A stretch of DNA of 64,000 bases from a virus. The notes beneath the pieces are model-generated. The model saw only the letters and a program-made list of their open reading frames with translations. It searched no databases and was not told the DNA's origin. The stretch lies in the IMG/VR virus record IMGVR_UViG_3300032288_002265, positions 9,328 to 73,327 of that record, one strand, 5' to 3'. A program made the translations under genes and the position numbers. Within the stretch, counting starts at the first letter, position 1. Every line of letters starts with the position of its first letter. Shown in pieces: positions 41,557-50,752 of the stretch.

Positions 41557-43787
41557 TGCCACTCAACTACAAGCTGCTCACCAAGTTCGGGACTCACGAA
41601 GATCGCCTCAAGGAGATCTTCACTGCGGCTCCGGAGCGGCTTCCTGCCGATGCTCCCGAGGAGTTGAAGAAGAACGTCCTCGCCGACTACCGCGTGCGGC
41701 AGAAGATCGAGGAGACCATCGAGAACCGGATCGACGAAGCCATCCTGCAGACGCTGCGGACCAGCCACCTGTACGCCGCCGTTGACCTGGCCTGGGACTC
41801 ATCGACGATCACACGTCGCACGATCCCGCTCGTTCTCTACGCCCAGAAGCGTATCGACATGGAGCGCTGTGTGACGCAGTTGAAGGATCTCAGTTGTGCT
41901 GACCAGTTCGTCAAATACTCCGGAGGCAAGCCCAAGTCGATCGATCTACCCAAGTTCACCGAGGTCAGCATCAACCTGCTGCGGTCGATCATCAGCCGCC
42001 GCGTGGCCGCACAGAGCGCCCGCTTCACCAACCTCTACCCGTTCTTCAAGTTTGAGCCCCGTGGCACCTCCGAGGCCGACAAGCTGCGGGCAGACATTCT
42101 CTCGCAGCGGATCGACATCATGGCCGACCAGTACGGCTACCGCGCTTCCCAGATCCAGTGGATCCGCGATATGCTTCTCTATCCTCACGTAGTCGCATTC
42201 CCTGCGGCGAAATGGGATCGCGAGATCGAGTGGTACGACGAGAACGATGAAAAGGCGGACGAGTTCCAGGACAAAGAGGTCAAGCCTAAGAGCCGCGTGA
42301 AGCGGGAGGGTGTTCCCCTGATCACCCCTCACCCGAGCCGAGTGTTCTACGATGTGGCTCACCCGATCCAGTCGATCAACAGCGACAGTGGGTGCGAATG
42401 GTTCGGTTTTTGGGACATCTTCCGGTACTCGCAGATCCTGGACAATCCGAGCTACTTCAATCGTCAGGACATCACGTACTCGCCAGACGCCACGTCCTGG
42501 TTCCAGTCGTACTCGAGCTACTTCAGCCAGTACTACACGAAGATCTCGCCCCCGGTGAATGGTGAGGACATCGCCTCGCACAACGACCGTAAGGCGCAGA
42601 TGGACCGATACACGTCGCAGATGCGCGATTCTTCGGTCTACGTCACGCACCTGTACTGGAAGATCAAGCCGAACGAGTGGCGCATGGGAGACTACCCGCA
42701 CGCCGTCTGGCTCCACCTGGTGGTAGCGAACTCGAAGAACGTCATCGCCGCCGAGATCATGCCCGACTGCCCTGGATTCGTGTTCTCGTTCAACACGAGC
42801 CAGCAGCGCCTGGTGAACCTCTCGATGGCGCACGAGCTCCTGCCGTTCCAGGACCAGCTGTCGAACCTCTTCAGCCAGCTGCTGGAGTGTGCGAAGCGGG
42901 ATCTGTTTGGCATCGCGATGTTGAACCTTGATGCGTTCCCTGTGGAGAACGAGACCGCCAAGCAGGCGCTCGATGCATTCCGCGAGGCGATGAAGAACGA
43001 GAACTTCTTCGCGCAGACCTCCGTCCTGGAGGTGTCGGTCACGAAGATGCGCGAGCTTGGTGTCGACCTGGATAACGTCTTCAAGATCATCCGCCAGCCG
43101 CCAAATACTAATCTCAACACGATTATCAACTCGATCAGCCAGACCATTATGATGGCCGAGCGGGTGATGGCGCTGTCACCCCAGGAGCAAGGTCAGCAGA
43201 GCCCACGTGAGACCTCTGCGACGGAGGTGCAGATCATCGCCGGCACGACGGAGAACATCTACCAGTTCATCTCCGACGCCGTCGACGAGGGTCGTTCTGC
43301 GGTGAAGAGGTATCTCTACAACGCTCTGATCAGCCTGGGCACCGAGGATATCTACCTGCCGGTGGTGAACCGTTATCGCCGAGACGTGGCCGAGAAGGCT
43401 GGCTTCACCATCACGGACGACGAGGGTGCCGAGATGATGCCTGGTCCGAACCCAATCCAGTTCTCGGTGATCGGCACCAAGAAGAACCTGGTCGCGGAAT
43501 ACATCTTCAACAGCCGCGACGGTGCCGAGCGTGCGTCGAACATCCAGGGCGCTCAGACCCTGACTCAGATGCTCGGTGTGCTGATGCAGCCTGCTGTGCT
43601 CTCAATGCTGACAAAGGAGAAGCTCGCTGACATCATCAACACGATCATCCGGCAGTCTGGCGCTGGAGTAGACGTGACGGTTGAGCCTCCTCCTGGTGAG
43701 GGTGCCCAACCTGTCATGGGTGCTCAGCAACAGATGCCGTCAGCGATTCCGAGTGAGACACTGCAATCGCAGCTTCCGACCTCGTGA
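41556..43787 (+). CDS. Portal protein
   Basis: About 743 aa; first large head gene; TSATEV motif and Q-rich C-terminus typical of podovirus portals. Confidence 0.8.
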   Translation: MPLNYKLLTKFGTHEDRLKEIFTAAPERLPADAPEELKKNVLADYRVRQKIEETIENRIDEAILQTLRTSHLYAAVDLAWDSSTITRRTIPLVLYAQKRIDMERCVTQLKDLSCADQFVKYSGGKPKSIDLPKFTEVSINLLRSIISRRVAAQSARFTNLYPFFKFEPRGTSEADKLRADILSQRIDIMADQYGYRASQIQWIRDMLLYPHVVAFPAAKWDREIEWYDENDEKADEFQDKEVKPKSRVKREGVPLITPHPSRVFYDVAHPIQSINSDSGCEWFGFWDIFRYSQILDNPSYFNRQDITYSPDATSWFQSYSSYFSQYYTKISPPVNGEDIASHNDRKAQMDRYTSQMRDSSVYVTHLYWKIKPNEWRMGDYPHAVWLHLVVANSKNVIAAEIMPDCPGFVFSFNTSQQRLVNLSMAHELLPFQDQLSNLFSQLLECAKRDLFGIAMLNLDAFPVENETAKQALDAFREAMKNENFFAQTSVLEVSVTKMRELGVDLDNVFKIIRQPPNTNLNTIINSISQTIMMAERVMALSPQEQGQQSPRETSATEVQIIAGTTENIYQFISDAVDEGRSAVKRYLYNALISLGTEDIYLPVVNRYRRDVAEKAGFTITDDEGAEMMPGPNPIQFSVIGTKKNLVAEYIFNSRDGAERASNIQGAQTLTQMLGVLMQPAVLSMLTKEKLADIINTIIRQSGAGVDVTVEPPPGEGAQPVMGAQQQMPSAIPSETLQSQLPTS

Positions 43788-43804
43788 CACTCAAGGAGAG
43801 GACA

Positions 43805-45118
43805 ATGGACAAAGATCAGACATCCACCCAAGGCGACCAAACACAAACGCAACCCCGCATCATCGACGACCCTCTGCTGGCATCACTCGCAGAGGATCTG
43901 TCGATCCTGGCAAATACCGAGCAGGCTGTTCAGCAGAACCAGCCGCCCGAAATCAAGCCTGTCGACGAGAAGAAACCTGATGAGGCCAAGCCGGCCGAAA
44001 CGAAGCCGGCCGAGACCAAGCCCGCCACTGTCAAGGCTGGTGTCAAGCAGCGCCCCGACATCAAGAAGGAGCTCGACGACGCACTGACACGCCACCTGGC
44101 TGACATCAAGCCGCAGGCGCAGACTCATCCCGCCCTGCCTGATCCAAAGAAGGCTGACGAGCTCGACATGGCCGGCCTTGTTGATGAGCAGATCGACGAG
44201 ATTGAGGACGCGAGGTATCTCGAGCAGAAAGATCCCACTCAAAAGGGATACGCCAAGAAGCTGCTCGACTTCTACAAGGCGGTCGACAAGTGGGTCGATG
44301 ACCATAAGGACGACTCAGATCGCACGTTCGACGAGAACGACGAGGAGTTCACCTCGTTCATCCAGGAGAACAAGCCGAAGTGGGCTCCTGGTCAGCGCGA
44401 CAAGATCCGCAAGGCCCGCCTCATTGACGAGGCTAAGCGTGAGGCTCTCAAGGATCTGCAGCCTGAGATCGATGCCGCGAAGCGCGAGGCACGCGAAGCC
44501 CGTGTCACGCCCGTCATGGATCGCAAGGTCAATCAGTTCACCGAGGCTTTCGACAAGGCTGCGACCTCAGACGATCCGCTCGAGAAGGATGTCTTCGGCC
44601 GCTACAAGGACAGTGCTGTTGCCCTAGCTTCCGACTGGGTGCGCCTGGCCGAGGGAGTTGACGACATCACCAAGCCGAAGAACCAGGAGCAGGCTGGCCG
44701 ACACAAGTGGCTTATGGAGTTCATCGGCCACCAGTCGTCTGTGTTCGATGCCCAAGGCGGCGATAACAAGATCCGCGATGGCCGTCAGTTCGTCACGCCG
44801 GTCAAGTTCGCTGAGCTTGCGTCCTCTGGGAAGGACACCTCGAAGGTGTGGACGTTCAACAACGACGACGTGCTCACCATGCTGCAGACGCACATGATCG
44901 AGTCCGCAAAATCCCAGGTGAAAGCCGAGGAAGAAGTGGCTGTGAAGCGCGGTTTCGTAAGGCAGCGCCCTCAGGCCGCGTCCAAACCGGCAGAAGAACC
45001 GAAGCCGGTAACCGGAGTCCGTGCGTCGGCCTCTGCCGCTCCAGGCGCTGTCCCGTCGAATCAGACTGATGATACTCCGCACCCTGGCAAGGAGGTCATC
45101 TCGATCCTCGGTCTGTAA
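43805..45118 (+). CDS. Scaffolding-like protein
   Basis: Between portal and capsid; charged and helical; KPAET repeats; AAGGAG SD. Confidence 0.6.
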   Translation: MDKDQTSTQGDQTQTQPRIIDDPLLASLAEDLSILANTEQAVQQNQPPEIKPVDEKKPDEAKPAETKPAETKPATVKAGVKQRPDIKKELDDALTRHLADIKPQAQTHPALPDPKKADELDMAGLVDEQIDEIEDARYLEQKDPTQKGYAKKLLDFYKAVDKWVDDHKDDSDRTFDENDEEFTSFIQENKPKWAPGQRDKIRKARLIDEAKREALKDLQPEIDAAKREAREARVTPVMDRKVNQFTEAFDKAATSDDPLEKDVFGRYKDSAVALASDWVRLAEGVDDITKPKNQEQAGRHKWLMEFIGHQSSVFDAQGGDNKIRDGRQFVTPVKFAELASSGKDTSKVWTFNNDDVLTMLQTHMIESAKSQVKAEEEVAVKRGFVRQRPQAASKPAEEPKPVTGVRASASAAPGAVPSNQTDDTPHPGKEVISILGL

Positions 45119-45138
45119 CACTTAGGAAAATCCGTAAT

Positions 45139-45186
45139 CCCCGCAGTGATTCCCGGCAAAAGTCGGGCGCTGCGGGGCTTTTCTTT
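45139..45186 (+). terminator. Rho-independent terminator
   Basis: CCCCGCAG...CTGCGGGG stem followed by CTTTTCTTT. Confidence 0.6.
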
Positions 45187-45235
45187 GTACCAGGGTATCA
45201 GCGAGGGACGATGAGTGGCGAAAAGGACATAACCT

Positions 45236-47035
45236 ATGCCCGCACAAACCACGTTCCCCGGCTTCAACGCCAATAACTGCACTCCGCTGTTCTTCGACGT
45301 TGATGGCTCCACCGGATGCTCCCTCACCCGGGCCGACATTCGTCCGTTTACCAAGGACGACTTCGCTGCCCAGGGTTTCAAGGAGGTCGGGATGGATCGC
45401 ATCATCGCCCAGACTAAGGAGGCCCGCCTCGTCGGCGTCCCGCAGCGTTCGCTGATGGACCTGATCCTCTCCCGCCACGCCCCCATCAAGGAGGGTTCTC
45501 CCGGCAAGGATCAGTCGATCATTGCTCCGTACCGTCTGGTGCCTCGCCGCCACATGGTCAACATCAACTACTTCCTGATCAGCGCGGGCTCCGCGAGCGC
45601 CCCGAACGATCCGGCTTCCGCGTTCCCGACCGGACTCCCGGCTACGGCCTGGTATCTGACCGTGACCGCTTCGACCGGCGGCTTCGGCAGCGCGATCAAG
45701 AACATCGAGAAGTACTTCCTCCCCGGAATGTACCTCTCGGTTGAGACGACCGCTCGTCACGTTGGCGCTGCCTGGCAGACCTTCGTTGGTGGTGGCAACA
45801 TCGACCAGGGTCTGATGAACCAGTACCGCGTCGTCGGTGCTGTCGGTAAGACTGGCGACTCGAACACCGCCTACGTCATCGTTGCCCCGACCGAGTTCCA
45901 GTCCTACGAGGCTTCCGCTTCTTCGTGGGCTACGTTCAAGGCGAACACCAGTGGTTCTCCGTCTCCTCAGGCTCGTGCTGCTTCTGTCGAGGTCACCAAG
46001 GGCACCGCCTTGATTATGACCAACTCGGTCAGCGACAAGGAGGCCTGGTGCTACCAGCAGCCGGCGATCAACAATCTCGGACTCATTGAGTACTGGCGTC
46101 AGACCTACCGTTGGACGCATCAGTACAACGACGAGTACCTCAAGGCGCTTGAGGCCCCGCTCACCAGCGAGTTCTTCAAGAAGTTCCGCACCCTCCCGAT
46201 CGCCGAGCAGCGCCGGCAGCAGGAGATGATGATGCAGAAGTGGTACTTCAACACCGTGTTCTACGGTCAGCGCATCAGCGACAAGCAGACTCTGTCCACC
46301 TGGACCGACCTGCCGACCATCGATGACGTGACCAACCCGGGGTGCCCGCTCGAGTACAAGTCGAACACCCTCGGCATCCGGACCCAGCTGGGCGAGTGCG
46401 GCAAGGTGCTCGACCTCAACGGTGGTGCGCTCAACGTCGACACCCTCATGGAGCTCGCCTACAACCTGAAGCGCGAGCGCGGAAACGATGGCTCCTCGAT
46501 CGAGACCATTGACCTCATGGGTGATCGTTTCACTAAGGCCAAACTGCGCGATCTGATGATCCGCTACTACAAGGCCAAGTACGGCGCTGCGGACATCAGC
46601 ATCAACCTCCAGACCAACCAGAAGATCGTCGACAACATGACGAACCGGTTCGTCTTCGAGTACGACAAGTACGACCTGCCCGACCAGGGTGTCAGCATCG
46701 CGTTCTTCACCGACACGTTCTTCGACGATCGCATCGCGGCGTCGCAGAGCCTCGGTGCTGGCTCTGGTACCAAGAACCGCGCTCGTCAGCTGTGGGCGGT
46801 CGATTGGTCCGACATCCTGGTCGGCGTTCTCGGATCCCGGTCTGTCACCCGCCAGACCAACACGTCCGACAACCTCTACAACTGCGTGATTGATCCGAAC
46901 ATCAATCATTACAAGCTGAACTCTCGCACCATCGAGGTTCAGGTCGGCAACGCCAACCGCCACACGGTGATCGAGAACTTCAGCGATGCTTGCCCGAGCG
47001 TCACTGTCTCGCAGTGCTCTCCAACCGTCGCCTAA
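45236..47035 (+). CDS. Major capsid protein (599 aa)
   Basis: Follows the scaffold; strongest codon bias in the region; LGIRTQL motif; flanked by hairpins. Confidence 0.72.
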   Translation: MPAQTTFPGFNANNCTPLFFDVDGSTGCSLTRADIRPFTKDDFAAQGFKEVGMDRIIAQTKEARLVGVPQRSLMDLILSRHAPIKEGSPGKDQSIIAPYRLVPRRHMVNINYFLISAGSASAPNDPASAFPTGLPATAWYLTVTASTGGFGSAIKNIEKYFLPGMYLSVETTARHVGAAWQTFVGGGNIDQGLMNQYRVVGAVGKTGDSNTAYVIVAPTEFQSYEASASSWATFKANTSGSPSPQARAASVEVTKGTALIMTNSVSDKEAWCYQQPAINNLGLIEYWRQTYRWTHQYNDEYLKALEAPLTSEFFKKFRTLPIAEQRRQQEMMMQKWYFNTVFYGQRISDKQTLSTWTDLPTIDDVTNPGCPLEYKSNTLGIRTQLGECGKVLDLNGGALNVDTLMELAYNLKRERGNDGSSIETIDLMGDRFTKAKLRDLMIRYYKAKYGAADISINLQTNQKIVDNMTNRFVFEYDKYDLPDQGVSIAFFTDTFFDDRIAASQSLGAGSGTKNRARQLWAVDWSDILVGVLGSRSVTRQTNTSDNLYNCVIDPNINHYKLNSRTIEVQVGNANRHTVIENFSDACPSVTVSQCSPTVA

Positions 47036-47045
47036 CCAACCAATT

Positions 47046-47083
47046 GGGTGAGGTCATCGGAGGCCCCGGTGGCCTCACCCTTT
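47046..47083 (+). terminator. Hairpin or weak terminator after the capsid gene
   Basis: GGGTGAGGTCATCGG-AGGCC-CCGGTGGCCTCACCC-TTT. Confidence 0.6.
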
Positions 47084-47104
47084 CAACTCTCACTTCCTTG
47101 ATTT

Positions 47105-47530
47105 ATGGCTAACTCCCAAGTCCCTTCTTCCCAGACTGGCGTCACCCAGGTTCCTGCCTTGCGTGAGGCTGGTCGCCGTACGTTTGCCGCCGAGGTTATC
47201 TTCGAGCGGTCTGCATCCCACGCTGCACCGTCCATCCGATCGATTGCTTCGCTGGCTTCTGCCGGAAGCACTCAGGCTGATGCTGGTGCCGTGTCGGGCG
47301 CTGTCCCGGTCTACAATGTCTCCGGTGGCGACGGCACCAAGGGTGTTGTTCTCCCGGTGGCTGTGGCCGGCACTGAGCTCGCCATCTACAACGCTGGTGC
47401 TGGTGCGCTGAAGGTCTATCCCGCTTCCGGCGGATCGATCAACGGTGGTTCCGCCAACGCTGCGCTGAGCGTGACCTCGAAGACTGTGGCCCGCCTCGTC
47501 AACCTGGACGGCACCAACTGGGCCGCGTAA
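47105..47530 (+). CDS. Capsid decoration/fibre-like protein
   Basis: Small Ala/Gly beta-rich protein (GVVLP...IYNAGAGALKVYP..GGSING) right after the capsid gene. Confidence 0.6.
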   Translation: MANSQVPSSQTGVTQVPALREAGRRTFAAEVIFERSASHAAPSIRSIASLASAGSTQADAGAVSGAVPVYNVSGGDGTKGVVLPVAVAGTELAIYNAGAGALKVYPASGGSINGGSANAALSVTSKTVARLVNLDGTNWAA

Positions 47531-47581
47531 CCACACCCCCCCCCTCTCGGGTGCTGTCCCTCTCCCGGCACCCAGACGCCG

Positions 47582-47619
47582 GCCCCCATCACAGCGCAAT
47601 GTTGTGGTGGGGGCTTTTT
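47582..47619 (+). terminator. Rho-independent terminator
   Basis: GCCCCCATCACAGC-GCAAT-GTTGTGGTGGGGGC-TTTTT. Confidence 0.8.
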
Positions 47620-47622
47620 CAC

Positions 47623-48417
47623 ATGAAGACCATCATCTCAATACTGATTCTGGCCACGCTCTGTGGGTGTATCCTCACGAAGCCGGCAACGTCCAAACAA
47701 GCTGCCAATACGGTCGCCATTGAGAAGGTCGAGGAGAAGCTCGTCGAGGAGTCGAAGGCTCTGACGACCGGTGCGCTGGATGCGCTGTCGTTCGCCCCCA
47801 CCAACAAGCCGACCGACCTGGCCAAGAAGTTTCTGCAGCGAGACCAGCAGATCGAGGGAATGCCCGCCGAGCGCATCGATGTCGCCGGGATCCTCGCCAC
47901 CAACAAGGCCGCGATCGATGCCCTGGAGCGTCGCATGGAACTCCAGCAGGAGTGGCTTCAGGAGCGTGTAAAGCTGGAGGTGGAGCTCCACCAGGCCAAC
48001 ACCAAGCTGCTCGAGCTTGGTCGGCTGTACGAGCAGGAGAAGGCTAAGTCCACCTGGAAGCGTATCTGGGCTTGGACGATGAGCACCTTCGGCATCGGCG
48101 GTCTCGTCGCCCTGGTCATCTTCTGTCCTGCGGTCCTCCCGGTCTTTGGAGCTATCGCCTCGTTCCTGATCTCGAAGATTCCTGCACTGACCAATCTCCT
48201 GGGCCTAGTCGGCAAGTCCGCGTTCGATGCGGCGGTGAAGGGCGTGGGTAATACCAGGAAGCGGCTGAAGCTCTCGGCCGAGGAGAGTCCGCAGCGCACC
48301 TTTTCCGCAAAGGAGGTTCTCAACATTCTCGACGGTGAACTGAAGGATGCCACCGAGGTAGGTGACGCCAACTTCAAGAGTCTGATCGAGGCACGCAGAA
48401 AACGACTCAACGTATGA
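47623..48417 (+). CDS. Lipoprotein with coiled coil and C-proximal TM segments (spanin-like)
   Basis: Signal/lipobox MKTIISILILATLCGC, heptad region, hydrophobic FGIGGLVALVIFCPAVLPVFGAI. Confidence 0.6.
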   Translation: MKTIISILILATLCGCILTKPATSKQAANTVAIEKVEEKLVEESKALTTGALDALSFAPTNKPTDLAKKFLQRDQQIEGMPAERIDVAGILATNKAAIDALERRMELQQEWLQERVKLEVELHQANTKLLELGRLYEQEKAKSTWKRIWAWTMSTFGIGGLVALVIFCPAVLPVFGAIASFLISKIPALTNLLGLVGKSAFDAAVKGVGNTRKRLKLSAEESPQRTFSAKEVLNILDGELKDATEVGDANFKSLIEARRKRLNV

Positions 48418-48710
48418 TTCGATCGATGATGAACGCACTGTTCTCGGCAGAGAACGGAGGTGACGACGCAACCCGTGTGATCTCGAAGGGGGTTCTAGGC
48501 TTTGTGGCCTCGATATTTCCGATCGCCGCATCCAAGTCAGGGATGTTCCACGCCGTGTTTGAGACGGCTGCACTGTGCCTCGGCGTGGTGGTGTCGTTCC
48601 TCACAGCTGTGTCGCTGGCGTTCACGGTCGAGCGAAAGATCCGAGCCCGCATCGAAGAGTGGAAGAATCCGGGTGCAGCCAAGAAGCGTGAAGACAGCCT
48701 TCGTGATTGA
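48414..48710 (+). CDS. Holin-like membrane protein
   Basis: Two hydrophobic segments, charged C-tail, several N-terminal Met. Confidence 0.55.
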   Translation: MIRSMMNALFSAENGGDDATRVISKGVLGFVASIFPIAASKSGMFHAVFETAALCLGVVVSFLTAVSLAFTVERKIRARIEEWKNPGAAKKREDSLRD

Positions 48711-48742
48711 CCACCCGTTACCCTCATACAAGGATAACTGCC

Positions 48743-49075
48743 ATGGAGAAGAAGTACTTTTTCGTGATGGCCTCAGACGGTGCCATCGATTTCCAGCCCA
48801 CCGGTCAGTACAACCACAAGTTCTACGGCGTCACCGAGGTTGACAGCCAGGAGGAGTACGACCGGCTCAAGGCTCGTGGGTGTCGAGAGATTTCCAAGGA
48901 GGAGTACGCCGAGGAGTTCAAAAAAAAAGCGGGGCTGCAGGGGCTCTTGGACGAGTATCGTCCAATAACGGAGGTGCGGCGTGTGCAACTTGCGGAAAGA
49001 AAGCCCTCCGTTGAGGTCAAAGTCACAACGCTCGAGTCTGTGAAGACCGCAGCGCCCGTCCCAACCAAGAAGTAA
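48743..49075 (+). CDS. Hypothetical protein containing an A9 run
   Basis: Start re-set to MEKKYF; TTGACC-17-AAGGAT-7 nt-ATG upstream. Confidence 0.6.
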   Translation: MEKKYFFVMASDGAIDFQPTGQYNHKFYGVTEVDSQEEYDRLKARGCREISKEEYAEEFKKKAGLQGLLDEYRPITEVRRVQLAERKPSVEVKVTTLESVKTAAPVPTKK

Positions 49076-49081
49076 CACACC

Positions 49082-50752
49082 ATGACGTGGTCCGAGTTTA
49101 AGGCTGCCGTCGATGAGCTACTCACAATTGAGCGGCGACGACTCGGCGTGCAGCCGTTCATTGACCGCCAGGTGCGGCTGGCAGTCGGAGACGTTCAGCG
49201 TCTCATCGACTACTACCGCAAGGGCATCGTGACGACACTGGATCACGACGACGTGATTCGAGAGGGGTTTACCTCCAAGGCGCAGCTGCCTAATGGTGCG
49301 AGCCTCCGCGAGCTCTATCACATCAGGACCGGCAGCATCTCTGCCAGCCGGCCGCTGTACGAGATACCGTTCTCGAACAAGCGCGAGCTCGTCGGTGGCG
49401 TCATCAACATCGGCTGCAGCGGTAGTCACTTCCGCTACTGCATCGACCACCGCGACGCCGCCCGGGACATCTACGTCTATCCGGCGCTCACACCAGGCTA
49501 CGCGATCCAGATCGTATGGGACGCTGTAGTCGGCCGTGGTGCTGATGGCGACTTCGCTGAGACGGATGTCGTTCCGTTCGATGAGCCGGTGGTCACCCTG
49601 GTCCATGAGTACGTGAAGATGAAGCTGGCCCGCGAAGTGGAGCGGGATCTGGCACTCGCCAAGGACTACGAGCGGACCTACCGCGTCGGCATCGCTTCGC
49701 TATACTCTGAGGTTCAGGAGCGTCTACGACTCAAGCGTGCCAAGAGCGAGGCTGATTGCGCTCCTCCGACAGCGTGCAACAACGACATCCTGGTGCTCGA
49801 CAACGTCATCCCAGGTGGATGCGGCACGGTCTCTCCGGAAGCTCTCACCGGTTCGTGCGAGAGCCTGGCGATCACGTCCCCCATGATCGAGTGGGTGATG
49901 TTCGGAGACAGCGGCGAGCAGGCGACACTTGCTGACACCATCGAGGTGGCTCGTGCGGTGCGGGCGCTGAATCCGCAGTTCGTCGTCCACATGGGCGATG
50001 CTGCGTACGGCACTGGCGGACTGAACGGTGGCAATCGAGCATTGGTTCGAGACCTCTTCACCAAGCACTACTGGAACTTCATTCGAGAGAACCGGATGCA
50101 CTTCGCCTTTGGTAACCACGATCTCGAGACCAACTACGGCGCAGCGTTCTTCGAGGAGATCCCGATCCTCAAGACCGTCATCGGATCGAACCAGTCGCTC
50201 AACAAGTATTGGTACGAGTTCGCCCAGGGGCCGATCCGCTTCTTCGTCCTGAACAGCGGATCCGACGACTCCGACCCGAACATCTTCTTTGCCGAGCAAA
50301 AGGCCTGGCTGTGGCAGCGAGCCTGCACTGCCAAGGAGCAGTGGCTCGTGGCCGTCTACCACCGGCCTGCTTACACCAGTGATGCGAATCACGCTCCGGG
50401 CAGTCTACTCATGCGGGATCTCAACCTGCACGAGATGGGCTTCGACCTGGTGGTCAACGCGCACGCCCACAACTACGAGCGCATCCTCGACCAGCACGGC
50501 CTGATGCACGTCATCTGCGGCCTGGGTGGTGCCACGAAGCGCGGCAAGCTCAACGCTGGCTCTCCCTACGTGCCGACCGGATCCCAAATGTTCTTCAGCA
50601 GCAATAACGGGTTCCTCCGGTTCAGCGCCAACGAGGCTGAGATGCAGTTCGAGATGGTCACCGTGGAGAACGAGGTCGTCGACCGCGTGACTCTCCAGAA
50701 GCTGCATCCACGATACGTTGATTGCGACGGCTACGGGTATGCCAACGCATAA
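49082..50752 (+). CDS. Head-tail adaptor-like domain fused to a purple-acid-phosphatase domain
   Basis: N-terminal MTWSEFKAAVDELL...IYVYP...helical end; C-terminal FGDSG, GDAAY, GNHD, VYHRP, AHAHNYER. Confidence 0.8.
   Translation: MTWSEFKAAVDELLTIERRRLGVQPFIDRQVRLAVGDVQRLIDYYRKGIVTTLDHDDVIREGFTSKAQLPNGASLRELYHIRTGSISASRPLYEIPFSNKRELVGGVINIGCSGSHFRYCIDHRDAARDIYVYPALTPGYAIQIVWDAVVGRGADGDFAETDVVPFDEPVVTLVHEYVKMKLAREVERDLALAKDYERTYRVGIASLYSEVQERLRLKRAKSEADCAPPTACNNDILVLDNVIPGGCGTVSPEALTGSCESLAITSPMIEWVMFGDSGEQATLADTIEVARAVRALNPQFVVHMGDAAYGTGGLNGGNRALVRDLFTKHYWNFIRENRMHFAFGNHDLETNYGAAFFEEIPILKTVIGSNQSLNKYWYEFAQGPIRFFVLNSGSDDSDPNIFFAEQKAWLWQRACTAKEQWLVAVYHRPAYTSDANHAPGSLLMRDLNLHEMGFDLVVNAHAHNYERILDQHGLMHVICGLGGATKRGKLNAGSPYVPTGSQMFFSSNNGFLRFSANEAEMQFEMVTVENEVVDRVTLQKLHPRYVDCDGYGYANA

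Noticed and set aside
45122-46963. 613-aa minus-strand ORF opposite the capsid gene, and 55286-56584 opposite fibre 1
   Set aside because: Shadow ORFs caused by stop-poor antisense frames of highly biased genes.
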